Shown in pieces: positions 8,832-17,739 of a stretch of DNA of 23,913 bases. Within the stretch, counting starts at the first letter, position 1, and each line of letters starts with the position of its first letter. This stretch comes from Candidatus Jordarchaeia archaeon. GTDB lineage: Archaea > Asgardarchaeota > Jordiarchaeia > Jordiarchaeales > Jordiarchaeaceae. Location of the stretch: positions 1-23,913 of the forward strand of contig JAHQXB010000058.1 in NCBI GenBank assembly GCA_029856435.1, in the 5' to 3' direction. The notes beneath the pieces are model-generated. The model did no database searches. It saw nothing but the letters and a program-made list of their open reading frames with translations, and was not told the origin of the DNA. Position numbers and translations under genes: made by a program.

Positions 8832-9632
8832 ATGCCCAAGTTTGAAACTGTCTTGTACGAGAAAAGGGGTGGTGTGGCGGTTATCACACTTAACCGTCCT
8901 GAGAAGTTGAATGCTTTGAATTCTCAGATGAATAAGGATTTAAAGTATGCCTTTAGGGAGGCTAGGGATGATCCTGAGGTTCGGGTGGTTGTGCTCACTG
9001 GGGCTGGTAGAGGTTTCTGCTCTGGAGCGGATATTTCAGACTTCGCCGGTGGGGTTACCCTTGAAGATTTTAGGAGGATGACTGAGCAGGGTGTAGTGCC
9101 TGAAACCATCATTACACCATATGATTTGATTGATGTGCCTAAACCCATCATTGCGGCGGTTAACGGTGTGGCTGTGGGTTTCGGTATGAATGTTCTTCTA
9201 AACTGTGACATCATCATAGCTTCTGAGGCGGCCAGTTTTGGAGAGTTCTTCATAAGAATGGGGTTAATTCCAGATATGAATGGAAGTTTACTGCTTCCCA
9301 TGCTGGTGGGAATTCATAAGGCTAAGGAGCTTATTTTCACTGGTGATAGAATAAGTGCTCAGGAAGCCTTGCGAATAGGATTAGTGAACCGGGTGGTTCC
9401 CCCTGACGAGTTGATGCCTACTGTGATGGAACTGGCAAATAGGTTAGCTGAGGGGCCTCCGCTAGCGCTGGCGATGTCTAAGAAGCTTATCCATGAGGGT
9501 TTCAGAAAAATTTTCGACGAAATGATTGTGAAGGAAGTCCAATATCAAGCCAAGCTTTACGCCTCGGAGGACCATAGGGAGGCTGCCCTAGCTTTTCTGG
9601 AAAAGAGGAAACCTGTTTTTAGGGGAAAATAG
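8832..9632 (+). CDS. Crotonase-superfamily (enoyl-CoA hydratase/isomerase) protein, PaaG-like residue pattern
   Basis: ITLNRPEKLNAL, GRGFCSGADI, KPIIAAVNG and EALRIGLVNRVV. The canonical Glu positions are N and F, and GLIPD carries an Asp. Start placed at ATG 8832. Confidence 0.92.
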   Translation: MPKFETVLYEKRGGVAVITLNRPEKLNALNSQMNKDLKYAFREARDDPEVRVVVLTGAGRGFCSGADISDFAGGVTLEDFRRMTEQGVVPETIITPYDLIDVPKPIIAAVNGVAVGFGMNVLLNCDIIIASEAASFGEFFIRMGLIPDMNGSLLLPMLVGIHKAKELIFTGDRISAQEALRIGLVNRVVPPDELMPTVMELANRLAEGPPLALAMSKKLIHEGFRKIFDEMIVKEVQYQAKLYASEDHREAALAFLEKRKPVFRGK

Positions 9633-9666
9633 AATTTTCCGACCTCTATCCCTTTTTCTTTATGCC

Positions 9667-10416
9667 CTATTTCTCTTGTTTGTTTTGGGTTTGGTTTTGG
9701 ATTCCTAGAAACTTGTAGAGGGTTTTTTTGAGTTCGGGGAACCCTTTGGCCACGGCTTGGGCTCCATATTTGTTTCCGTTGGTGCTTTCTTGCCAGTCTA
9801 TCCATATGGAGTCTATGCCGGCGGCCCTAGCTCCTTTTATATCGGTTTCTTGATTGTCTCCCACGTGGACTGCTTGTTGCCTTTTGATGTTTAGTCTTTT
9901 CAGGACTTCTAGGAAGGGTTGGGGACTGGGTTTGGCTTCGGGACTTGTTTCTCCCGCAACTACTAGGATGTCAAAATAGTCTGCTAGGCCGGAGGCTTGG
10001 AACCTTTTTTCCTTCCATCCCGGGGCGAAGTCTGTGTCGCTGAGTAGGGCCAGTTTGTATCCTTTCTGTTTAAGCTCTTTTAAGAGCTCCGGTGCTCCTT
10101 CATAGATTGTGGTGGTGTCTTTTAGTATTTCCCAATAAGTGTTGGTTAGTTTGGTGATGAAGTCCTGAGAGACGTCAGTTACATTGTACTCTTTTAGGAT
10201 TTGTTTCCACCATTCGTCTCTGCTCCGTGACAGCCTTTTTTCCCTCTCCTCCTCGGTTTTTATCACCTTTTTCAGTATGGTTTCATAATCTGCGTCTATT
10301 CCTCTGCTTTTTAGGAACTCAGTTATGAGCTCAGCCACCTTCCTGTGGGAGTGTATACGATTGCTAAAGGAGTCTACGAGAGTTCCATCAAAGTCAAATA
10401 TTACAAGTTTCTTCAA
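9667..10416 (-). CDS. HAD-superfamily hydrolase (subfamily IA)
   Basis: Motif I FDFDGTLVD, motif II LLSD, motif III AKPSPQPF and motif IV HVGDNQETDIKGA. Confidence 0.93.
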   Translation of the reverse strand: MKKLVIFDFDGTLVDSFSNRIHSHRKVAELITEFLKSRGIDADYETILKKVIKTEEEREKRLSRSRDEWWKQILKEYNVTDVSQDFITKLTNTYWEILKDTTTIYEGAPELLKELKQKGYKLALLSDTDFAPGWKEKRFQASGLADYFDILVVAGETSPEAKPSPQPFLEVLKRLNIKRQQAVHVGDNQETDIKGARAAGIDSIWIDWQESTNGNKYGAQAVAKGFPELKKTLYKFLGIQNQTQNKQEK

Positions 10417-10939
10417 TTCTTAATCCCCTTCATTTTTAGCCTTAAAATAATTAATATGCTCTATCAAATGGGAATCGTAACCATTTAAACCTTGCGAGGG
10501 AAAAAACATCAAAAAATAAAACTAACTTCCCAATTGAGACACGGTGAAACCAGAAGAATCCAAATATTGAAAAAAAAGAGAAGCAGAAAAATAAGTTCGG
10601 CAAACCCAAAAAAGGGGGAGGATGCAGCGTCCACTAGTCGGGATAACAATCCAACCACAATACTGCGGGCAGTAGAATCCAAGGATGCGTTGGCATGGAA
10701 AATATCCCGGATTTACCTAAAATTTTTAGCTCGACAATGTTAAATTTGTTTTATTGTAACCTGTTTCCTATCCGATTTCCTCTCCTCTACGCCCTGGAAG
10801 AAAGGATTTTCTACCACTTAGTAGCGCCAGATACGGGAACCGAATCAATTTAACATTTCGAGTTAGGGTTAAAATTTTAATAATGTGCTCATCATTGTAC
10901 TTTCAATTTAAGTATTATCGGAATGCTGGATGTGGCAAA

Positions 10940-12781
10940 ATGTCTATGAAGAATGGTAAAATTCTCCGGGTAAACCTCACCACGAAGGATATAACTACCG
11001 AGAATATTGATTCAGGTGCTGCTAGGAGTTTTTTGGGTTCCAAGGGTTTAGCAGCCTACTACTTGTTTAAAGAGCTGAGACGGGGAGTTGACCCGCTAAG
11101 CCCCGAAAACAAGCTGGTCTTTATGACCGGCCCCCTAACGGGCACTAAGGCTCCCTCGTCCTGTCGATTTGTGGTTTGCACAAAATCTCCACTAACTGGT
11201 GCTTGGGTGGATAGCAGTTGCGGCGGGTTCTGGGGGCCAGAACTCAGATTTGCGGGCTTCGATGGTATCATAGTTGAAGGGAGGGCGGAAAGCCCAGTCT
11301 ATATTCATATAAGTGATGGTGAAGCTTCCATAAGGGATGCAGGTTTTCTGTGGGGAATGGGTACAATAGACACCATAAGCTACCTTAGGGAGAGACATAA
11401 GTCGGATAGAACCGTTAGGGTAGCTACCATTGGGCCAGCTGGTGAGAAGCAGGCTAGGTTGGCAGCAGTTATTGCAGATATGAGGGCGGCTGGCAGAGGG
11501 GGAACAGGTGCAGTTATGGGTTCCAAGAAGCTTAAGGCCATATCAGTTGTGGGTCACGGAAAGGTTCCCATAGCCGATCCGCAGAAATTTAACAGTTTAG
11601 CAAAAGAGGCGCATAAGGAGAATAAGGAGGACAGTGCAAGAATGGCCGCAATGGGTACCGCCTCAATCGTGAAGCTGGTAAACTCTACTGGCGGCTGGCC
11701 TACCAGAAACTTTAGTGAAAGCCAGTGGGACGAGGCGGCTGAGGAACTAGCCGGAGAAACCTTTCAGAAAACTCTATGGGGCGGAGGAAAATATGTGAAG
11801 CCCTGCTACAACTGCCCCATAAGATGCGCCCACCTAGCAGTCATAAGAGAGGGAAAATACGCAGGCATTTCCGATGAAGGACCAGAGTATGAAACCATTT
11901 CCCTGTTTGGGCCCAACTGTGGAATAAAGAGCAGAGAAGTAATCACGGTGGCAGACAGGATGTGCGACAATTACGGCATTGACACCATATCTTTGGGGAA
12001 CACTATTGGTTTCGTTATGGAGTGTGTGGAGAGGGGACTGGTTAGCTTGGAGGAGATTGATGGGGTGGATTTGAGGTTTGGAAACGAGGAAGCGTTCCTT
12101 AAAGCGGTAAACATGGCGGGAAATGTTTACGGTAATCTTGGGAGGCTCCTCGCCAACGGAGTTAAGCGGGCGGCGGAAAAAATCGGTAAGGGTTCCGAAA
12201 AATTTGCCATGCACGTCAAGGGATTGGAAATACCGGCTTATGTTCCAAGAGCTGGGCATGGACACGCCCTAGCTTATGCGGTTGCGGATCGTGGAGCTTG
12301 CCATCTTAGACCCTGGCTTTATGGTGCGGAGCACTTTTTCGGAAAGTTGAATCCCAGTACTACTGAGGATAAGCCGGAAGCGGTTAAGCTGGGACAGCAG
12401 AACCGGGCTTTAATCCACAGCAGTGGACTCTGCCAGTTCGCGGTTAGTGAGGATATGCTTTATGAATCTTTGCTTCAGATGATAAACGCCGCAACTGGTT
12501 TTAACTATACTGTGGATGAGTTTCGATTGGTAGGTGAGAGAATAAATAATTTAACTAGGAGTTTTAATTGTCGGGAGGGATTCACAAGTAAGGATGACAC
12601 ACTTCCTTATCGCTCCACAAATGAGCCGTTACCCACGGGGCCCCAGAAGGGTCAAGTTATTAGACTCAGTGAGATGTTGCCAGAATATTATAGGGTCTGC
12701 GGGTGGAGCGAGGACGGTGTTCCCACCAAAGAAAAATTAGAGGAACTGAGGTTGGATTTCGTCATCGAAGACCTATATTAA
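10940..12781 (+). CDS. aor: Aldehyde:ferredoxin oxidoreductase family (tungstopterin, [4Fe-4S])
   Basis: KSPLTG, GRGGTGAVMGSKKLKA, CYNCPIRC, EGPEYET, DNYGIDT, RGACH and GLCQF. Start placed at ATG 10940. Confidence 0.93.
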   Translation: MSMKNGKILRVNLTTKDITTENIDSGAARSFLGSKGLAAYYLFKELRRGVDPLSPENKLVFMTGPLTGTKAPSSCRFVVCTKSPLTGAWVDSSCGGFWGPELRFAGFDGIIVEGRAESPVYIHISDGEASIRDAGFLWGMGTIDTISYLRERHKSDRTVRVATIGPAGEKQARLAAVIADMRAAGRGGTGAVMGSKKLKAISVVGHGKVPIADPQKFNSLAKEAHKENKEDSARMAAMGTASIVKLVNSTGGWPTRNFSESQWDEAAEELAGETFQKTLWGGGKYVKPCYNCPIRCAHLAVIREGKYAGISDEGPEYETISLFGPNCGIKSREVITVADRMCDNYGIDTISLGNTIGFVMECVERGLVSLEEIDGVDLRFGNEEAFLKAVNMAGNVYGNLGRLLANGVKRAAEKIGKGSEKFAMHVKGLEIPAYVPRAGHGHALAYAVADRGACHLRPWLYGAEHFFGKLNPSTTEDKPEAVKLGQQNRALIHSSGLCQFAVSEDMLYESLLQMINAATGFNYTVDEFRLVGERINNLTRSFNCREGFTSKDDTLPYRSTNEPLPTGPQKGQVIRLSEMLPEYYRVCGWSEDGVPTKEKLEELRLDFVIEDLY

Positions 12782-12894
12782 CACGCCAAAATTGTCCCTA
12801 CCTTAATTTTTACTTCATAATTTCATTTTTTAGGGAGGGTTCATTGCCGTTTATTTCCCATTTTTACACGTGATATTTATTCTATATTTTTATG

Positions 12895-12909
12895 CAAAAA
12901 TTTTTATCC
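12895..12909 (+). promoter_or_regulatory. Putative BRE-TATA promoter of the thiolase-fold/DUF35 operon
   Basis: CAAAAATTTTTATCC about 45 nt upstream of ATG 12950, inside a 168-bp gap that also has T-rich tracts. Confidence 0.35.
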
Positions 12910-12949
12910 TTAAAGGAATAACTGATAGCTAAAAGTTTGAGGAATTGGG

Positions 12950-14098
12950 ATGACAAAAGCTGTTGCTATAGTTGGTTTAGGTCAGACTGAAAGCAGGGCT
13001 TTAACACCCACACAGGATTTTAGGGAACTCATTTACAGCGCGGCAAAGAAGGCCTACGATGACGCAGGTTTAACCCCCAGAGACATTGATGCACTTTTAA
13101 CTAATGAGTATGACTTTTATGCGGGTATAAGCATTGCTGATGAGTACACTCCAGACCAGGTTGGTGCCAGGCTCAAATTTGACAACTTGGTTTGTAACGA
13201 TGCAACAATTGCCTTCATAAATGCCTACATGCTTATTCTGAGCGGCGCCGCAGATATAGTGGCCGTTGAGTCAAACTCCAAGGTTGCAACCGACGTTGTT
13301 AACTATCCTGAGGTTTTGCTGGCAGCCCTAGACCCAGTTTACAACAGACCGCTGGGTGGACACCCCTACTACATTGCGGGAATGGACATGATGAGCTATC
13401 TTGAAAACACTGACACCACCGAAGAGCAGATTGCCAGGGTTGTGGTTAAAAACAAGGGCAACGCGCTACTTAACCCGAACGCAGGCTTTGGAGCTAAACT
13501 CACAGTTGAGGATGTGTTAAGGTCTGAATACGCGTTCTGGCCTATTAAACTCTTAGAAATCGCCCCCTTAGCTGACTATGCTGCCGTGGTTCTCCTAGCA
13601 GCCGAGGAAAAAGCGAAATCCATTACGGATAATCCAGTTTGGGTTACTGGTGTGGGGCATGCCACAGATTCAAGCTACATTGAGTGTTGGCCTTGGGGTG
13701 AAGCCCAGTGGATAAGAAATGCTTCACAGGAAGCCTACAAAATGGCGGGAATAAGTGAACCCTGGAAGGAAATTAACGTGGTGGAAATATCAGAAGCCTT
13801 CGCATACCAAGAACTGCAGGCCCTAGAAGCACTGAGGATTTCAAGCGGTTCCCCAGGGAATTTGTTGGAAATGGGCACATTTGATTTGGATGGTAGCCTA
13901 CCAGTAAATCCTTCAGGAGGCTGCCTAGGCATGGGCTACACTCCGCAAGCCACAGGACTCCAGAGAATAGCGGAGATTGCCCTACAGCTACGTGGAGAAG
14001 CGGGAAAGAGGCAGATTCCAGAAGCGGAGGTCGGCGTTGCTGTGGGGAGCGACTCTGAAATCATAAAGTGTGGAGGAGTTGTGATACTTTCGAGGTGA
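12950..14098 (+). CDS. SCP2/SCP-x-type thiolase-fold protein, Ltp4-like, non-canonical active site
   Basis: Thiolase fold (VAIVGLGQT, VVKNKGNALLNP, PVNPSGG). GGCLGMGYT has Tyr where thiolases have GHP His. Confidence 0.85.
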   Translation: MTKAVAIVGLGQTESRALTPTQDFRELIYSAAKKAYDDAGLTPRDIDALLTNEYDFYAGISIADEYTPDQVGARLKFDNLVCNDATIAFINAYMLILSGAADIVAVESNSKVATDVVNYPEVLLAALDPVYNRPLGGHPYYIAGMDMMSYLENTDTTEEQIARVVVKNKGNALLNPNAGFGAKLTVEDVLRSEYAFWPIKLLEIAPLADYAAVVLLAAEEKAKSITDNPVWVTGVGHATDSSYIECWPWGEAQWIRNASQEAYKMAGISEPWKEINVVEISEAFAYQELQALEALRISSGSPGNLLEMGTFDLDGSLPVNPSGGCLGMGYTPQATGLQRIAEIALQLRGEAGKRQIPEAEVGVAVGSDSEIIKCGGVVILSR

Positions 14099-14104
14099 TA
14101 AGGA

Positions 14105-15301
14105 ATGGCGTTTGAAAATATGGTTAGATTCCCTAAAGGATTTTCTAAGAGGAAAAGGGTGGCCATTGTTGGTGCAGGTATGACTGATTTCCGCTCCATA
14201 CTGCCTCACACCACTAGGGAACTATGCTTCGAAGCTTCAAAGAGGGCACTTGACTCCTGCGGCCTCACACCTAAGGATGTAAAGGCGGTTATCGGTGCCT
14301 CAGCTCCAGATGCCTTTGACGGCATACATATTAAGGGCTGGAACCCAGTTGACGCTATGGGTGCTGTGGGAAAACCCTACGCTCGAGAGTTTGTGGGAGG
14401 CGGGACAGGCGTTGGCTGCATAGTAAACGGCTGGTACTACGTAGCCTCAGGCCTATATGACATTGTGCTGGTTTGTGCCTTTGAAAAAATGTCGCCTCCA
14501 GTCCCCCACGCTCAGAAACTGTTCCTAACAATATTTGAACCCATACTGGAGTGGGCACTAGGACCCAACTTGGTATGGATCTTCGCTCAGGAGATGAATC
14601 GATACATGACCACTTGGGGAATTAAGAAGGAAACCATCGCTCTATCCGCAGTGAAAAACAAGGGCAACGCAATGGATCACCCCCACGCACAGTTACCCAT
14701 GAAAATCACAGTGGAGGACGTTTTGAACTCGCCCATACTTGTTTGGCCGGTGAACAGGCTGGACATCAGCCCCTCTTCTGACGGCGCGGCAGCCATTGTA
14801 CTGGCATCGGAGGATGTTGCCAAAAGGATAACGGATACACCGGTTTGGATTGATGGTGTGGGAATGTGTATCGATAGTCAGTATTGGACCAATAGAGATC
14901 TCGCCTTTCCCTATTATGTGTACTATGCTTCACAGCAGGCTTACCGGATGGCGGGGATAAGCGATCCTATGAAGGAGATTGATGTCTGGGAGCCCTACGA
15001 CCCCTTTGACTATAAGGAGTTGCACCACTTGGATGGGCTGATGGGTAAGAAAGGCTATGCTCCAAAGCTTCTTGCTGAGGGGCAGCTTGCAAGAGATGGC
15101 GACTATCCCTCGTGTCCTTCGGGTGGACTTCAGGGTGTGGGTAACCCTATAGCTGCTGCGGGAACTATGAAGGTCTGTGAGATATACTGGCAGCTGAGCA
15201 ACCAGGCGGGAAAAAGACAGGTTGACGATGCTAAAATAGGGATAGCTCAGGCTTGGGGTGATTTGATGCAGGTGGCAACTGTTGTTGTATGTAGAACATA
15301 G
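14105..15301 (+). CDS. SCP2/SCP-x-type thiolase-fold protein, Ltp3-like, non-canonical active site
   Basis: VAIVGAGMT, AVGKPYAREFVGGGTG (no Cys at the nucleophile site), DISPSSDGAAA, EPYDPFDY and GGLQGVGNPIAAAG (His replaced by Asn). Starts 6 nt after the previous stop, SD GAGGTG. Confidence 0.88.
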   Translation: MAFENMVRFPKGFSKRKRVAIVGAGMTDFRSILPHTTRELCFEASKRALDSCGLTPKDVKAVIGASAPDAFDGIHIKGWNPVDAMGAVGKPYAREFVGGGTGVGCIVNGWYYVASGLYDIVLVCAFEKMSPPVPHAQKLFLTIFEPILEWALGPNLVWIFAQEMNRYMTTWGIKKETIALSAVKNKGNAMDHPHAQLPMKITVEDVLNSPILVWPVNRLDISPSSDGAAAIVLASEDVAKRITDTPVWIDGVGMCIDSQYWTNRDLAFPYYVYYASQQAYRMAGISDPMKEIDVWEPYDPFDYKELHHLDGLMGKKGYAPKLLAEGQLARDGDYPSCPSGGLQGVGNPIAAAGTMKVCEIYWQLSNQAGKRQVDDAKIGIAQAWGDLMQVATVVVCRT

Positions 15302-15313
15302 GAGGTTGAGTCT

Positions 15314-15985
15314 ATGAGTAAAAAGCAAGTTAAAGTTGTGGCTATGGTTGACCAATGGGAGAAGTTTCTGAAGCATCTTCCACCAGACCTGAAAAAGTTC
15401 TACCAGAAATTGGATATTACCCAGTCTCCAAGTAAAAAGGGACAAATAGAGAAGGACTTGGAAGAGAAGGGGTTAATGACACACATCCCAAACTGGAAGC
15501 TTGACAATGGCATCTATCTTGGAAACTATAGGCTGCAATTCAATTATTCTAGAACCGCAGGACATGCTATTGGAACCTTTCTTAATGGTTTGAGGGAGGG
15601 CAAAATACTGGGCAGAAAGTGTCACACCTGTGGCAGGATTCTTGTTCCCCCAAGGATGTTCTGTGAGTGGTGTTTCAGGGAAACTGACCAGTGGGTGGAA
15701 GTGGCAGATACGGGCATAGTTGGAACATATTCCGTTTCATACATTACAGCCGACCCCAAGGTGAGGCTGGAGAAGCCAATTATAAGCGGTGTGGTGTGGC
15801 TGGATGGAACCAAGCTTGAAACACCATCATCAAAGACTGTGAGACACTGGGGAGGCTTCATGCACTACTTCGACGAGGTGACTCCGGAGAAAATCAAGAT
15901 TGGAATGAAGGTGAAGGCAGTTTGGGAACCTCCAAATAAGAGGAGGGGCTCCATACTGGATATAAAATACTTTAAACCGGTGTAA
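15314..15985 (+). CDS. DUF35 (Zn-ribbon + OB-fold, ChsH2/BbsA-like) protein with ~70-aa N-terminal extension
   Basis: KCHTCGRILVPPRMFCEWC, GIVGTYSV and KIGMKVKAVW...GSILDIKYFKP; SD GGAGGT. Confidence 0.92.
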   Translation: MSKKQVKVVAMVDQWEKFLKHLPPDLKKFYQKLDITQSPSKKGQIEKDLEEKGLMTHIPNWKLDNGIYLGNYRLQFNYSRTAGHAIGTFLNGLREGKILGRKCHTCGRILVPPRMFCEWCFRETDQWVEVADTGIVGTYSVSYITADPKVRLEKPIISGVVWLDGTKLETPSSKTVRHWGGFMHYFDEVTPEKIKIGMKVKAVWEPPNKRRGSILDIKYFKPV

Positions 15986-15995
15986 GGTGGATGTG

Positions 15996-16478
15996 ATGAC
16001 TGAACCAAACAAACCTCCTTATGTTGGAGTGAATACACTCCACTGGACGGAGAGTAACATTGACAACTATTATGAGTATCCTGCTGGGTTCGCTGGCTCC
16101 AAGTTTTTCCACGAGTTAAAAGAGAATGGAAAAATTGTGGCGAGCAGGTGCAAGAAGTGTGGGAAAATGGAACTTCCTCCTAAGGCCTTCTGCGTGGACT
16201 GCTTCGATACTGAAATAGAGTATGTGGAAGTGGATTTGCCGGGATTCGTCTATACTTACAGTGTTTCCTTTTACGATTTGGATGGCTCCAAGCTTGAGAA
16301 ACCCATAATTTGGGCCCTCATCGCCTTTGAGGAGGCGGAGGGCGGAATCATTCATAGGTTGGGTGAAGTGGAGCCAGAAGAAGTCTACGTGGGAATGGAT
16401 GTAGTACCAGAGTTTAGACCAAAGGAAGACCGCACGGGAAGCATACTCGACATCAAGTACTTCAAGCCAACTGTTTAA
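15996..16478 (+). CDS. DUF35 (Zn-ribbon + OB-fold) protein, paralog 2
   Basis: RCKKCGKMELPPKAFCVDC, GFVYTYSV and VGMDVVPEF...GSILDIKYFKP. Start placed at ATG 15996. Confidence 0.92.
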   Translation: MTEPNKPPYVGVNTLHWTESNIDNYYEYPAGFAGSKFFHELKENGKIVASRCKKCGKMELPPKAFCVDCFDTEIEYVEVDLPGFVYTYSVSFYDLDGSKLEKPIIWALIAFEEAEGGIIHRLGEVEPEEVYVGMDVVPEFRPKEDRTGSILDIKYFKPTV

Positions 16479-16580
16479 TAACTTCATCTCCCCACTTTTT
16501 TCTGGGAAATCCTTTTTTACTTCCTTTTATAGTGGTTGGAAAGCTAAAATATTAACTGTTGAAGGAGTTATTTAGGAAAA

Positions 16581-17168
16581 TTGAAGTCTGAAGAAATTAT
16601 TGTGTGTGTTGAAAATACTGGAAGTGGCTTTCGAATTTTTCCTATGGAGAGGGAGGAAGCCCACAGAAGGGGAGTAAAGCACCTTGTGGTTAGAATCTTG
16701 GGATTCAACAGGGAGGGGATGCTCCTTGTTCAGAAGAGAGCTCTCACCAAAAAGAGCCACCCTGGAAAATATACTGACAGTGCAAGCGGACATGTTTTGT
16801 ACGAGGATGACTTTAGCTTTAGGACCATAATGAAGAGTGCGGAGAGAGAACTCTGGGAGGAAATGGGAGTAAGGGGAATACTAAAACTCTACCTGGAACA
16901 GAAGTTTGACCATGAAGACCTGGAGTTAAACTATGTTTTTCTTGCACTCATAGAAGGGGAACCCCGATTCAACGAGGAGGTGGAAGCTGAAAGTAGCGGA
17001 TTCAAAACCGTGGAGCAGCTCAGACACATGCTCAAAAACGAGAAGTTCGTGTATTTCGCAAAAGAGTTGTGGGAAAAATTTCTTGCCGATTATCCAACTA
17101 CGGAAGCCATAAAAAAATTGGCGGAATCCCTGGGAAAAGCTCACGCTAGAAAAGACGGGGAAAATTAG
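16581..17168 (+). CDS. NUDIX-domain protein related to type-1 IPP isomerase
   Basis: HRRGVKH, LLVQKRA, KKSHPGKYTDSASGHV and AERELWEEMG; TTG start after SD-like AGGAG. Confidence 0.85.
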   Translation: MKSEEIIVCVENTGSGFRIFPMEREEAHRRGVKHLVVRILGFNREGMLLVQKRALTKKSHPGKYTDSASGHVLYEDDFSFRTIMKSAERELWEEMGVRGILKLYLEQKFDHEDLELNYVFLALIEGEPRFNEEVEAESSGFKTVEQLRHMLKNEKFVYFAKELWEKFLADYPTTEAIKKLAESLGKAHARKDGEN

Positions 17169-17277
17169 CGGGTAGTTCTGTAACTGTCGAATTGACCCAA
17201 ACTCAAACCTTAAATACTTTAAAAACAACCAATTAACCAGACTAAAACAAAAAAGCAGTGTAAGTGATGTGGAAAGC

Positions 17278-17739
17278 ATGTCAGAAGAATATAAAGACGT
17301 TTTCATATGTGTGAAATGCAGAAACCCTAGGGTAACAAAGTCAGCAAGAATAGTAAAGAACAGCGCAGTTATCACGGGCAAATGTCTGAAAGGACACTCA
17401 TTCAACCTCAAACTACCCATAGAACAGGAACACAAGTGGATTGGCTACCTGAGAGACAGCGTGTACAAGTGCCGGTGCGGAATGCCCCTAGAGGAACACA
17501 AAGTTAAAGTGGGAAAAAAGAAAACCCAACTCATACTAAAATGCACAAAACACAAACAGGTAACCATGATAGACACCCTACTGTGGAACACAATCTCAGC
17601 AGACAGAGAAACACAAAAAACACTAGAAAAATATGAACCCCCAACACTCAAAACAGACAAAGAACCCGAAAAATACGAAAAAATAGTCAAAACCAAAAAG
17701 AAGGAAACACCAGGACCCCAAAAATGGCACCCAACCTAA
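17278..17739 (+). CDS. Hypothetical basic protein with two Cys/His (putative Zn-binding) repeats
   Basis: CVKC...CLKGH and CRC...CTKH; strongly coding-like A/C wobble bias; oligo-T tract downstream. Confidence 0.8.
   Translation: MSEEYKDVFICVKCRNPRVTKSARIVKNSAVITGKCLKGHSFNLKLPIEQEHKWIGYLRDSVYKCRCGMPLEEHKVKVGKKKTQLILKCTKHKQVTMIDTLLWNTISADRETQKTLEKYEPPTLKTDKEPEKYEKIVKTKKKETPGPQKWHPT

Noticed and set aside
10492-10743. 83-aa plus ORF, and a minus-strand Cys-rich string (CQRILGFYCPQYCG) in the HAD-AOR gap
   Set aside because: The plus ORF is low-complexity with no motif; the minus frame has no start codon after an upstream stop. Cannot be supported as a gene.
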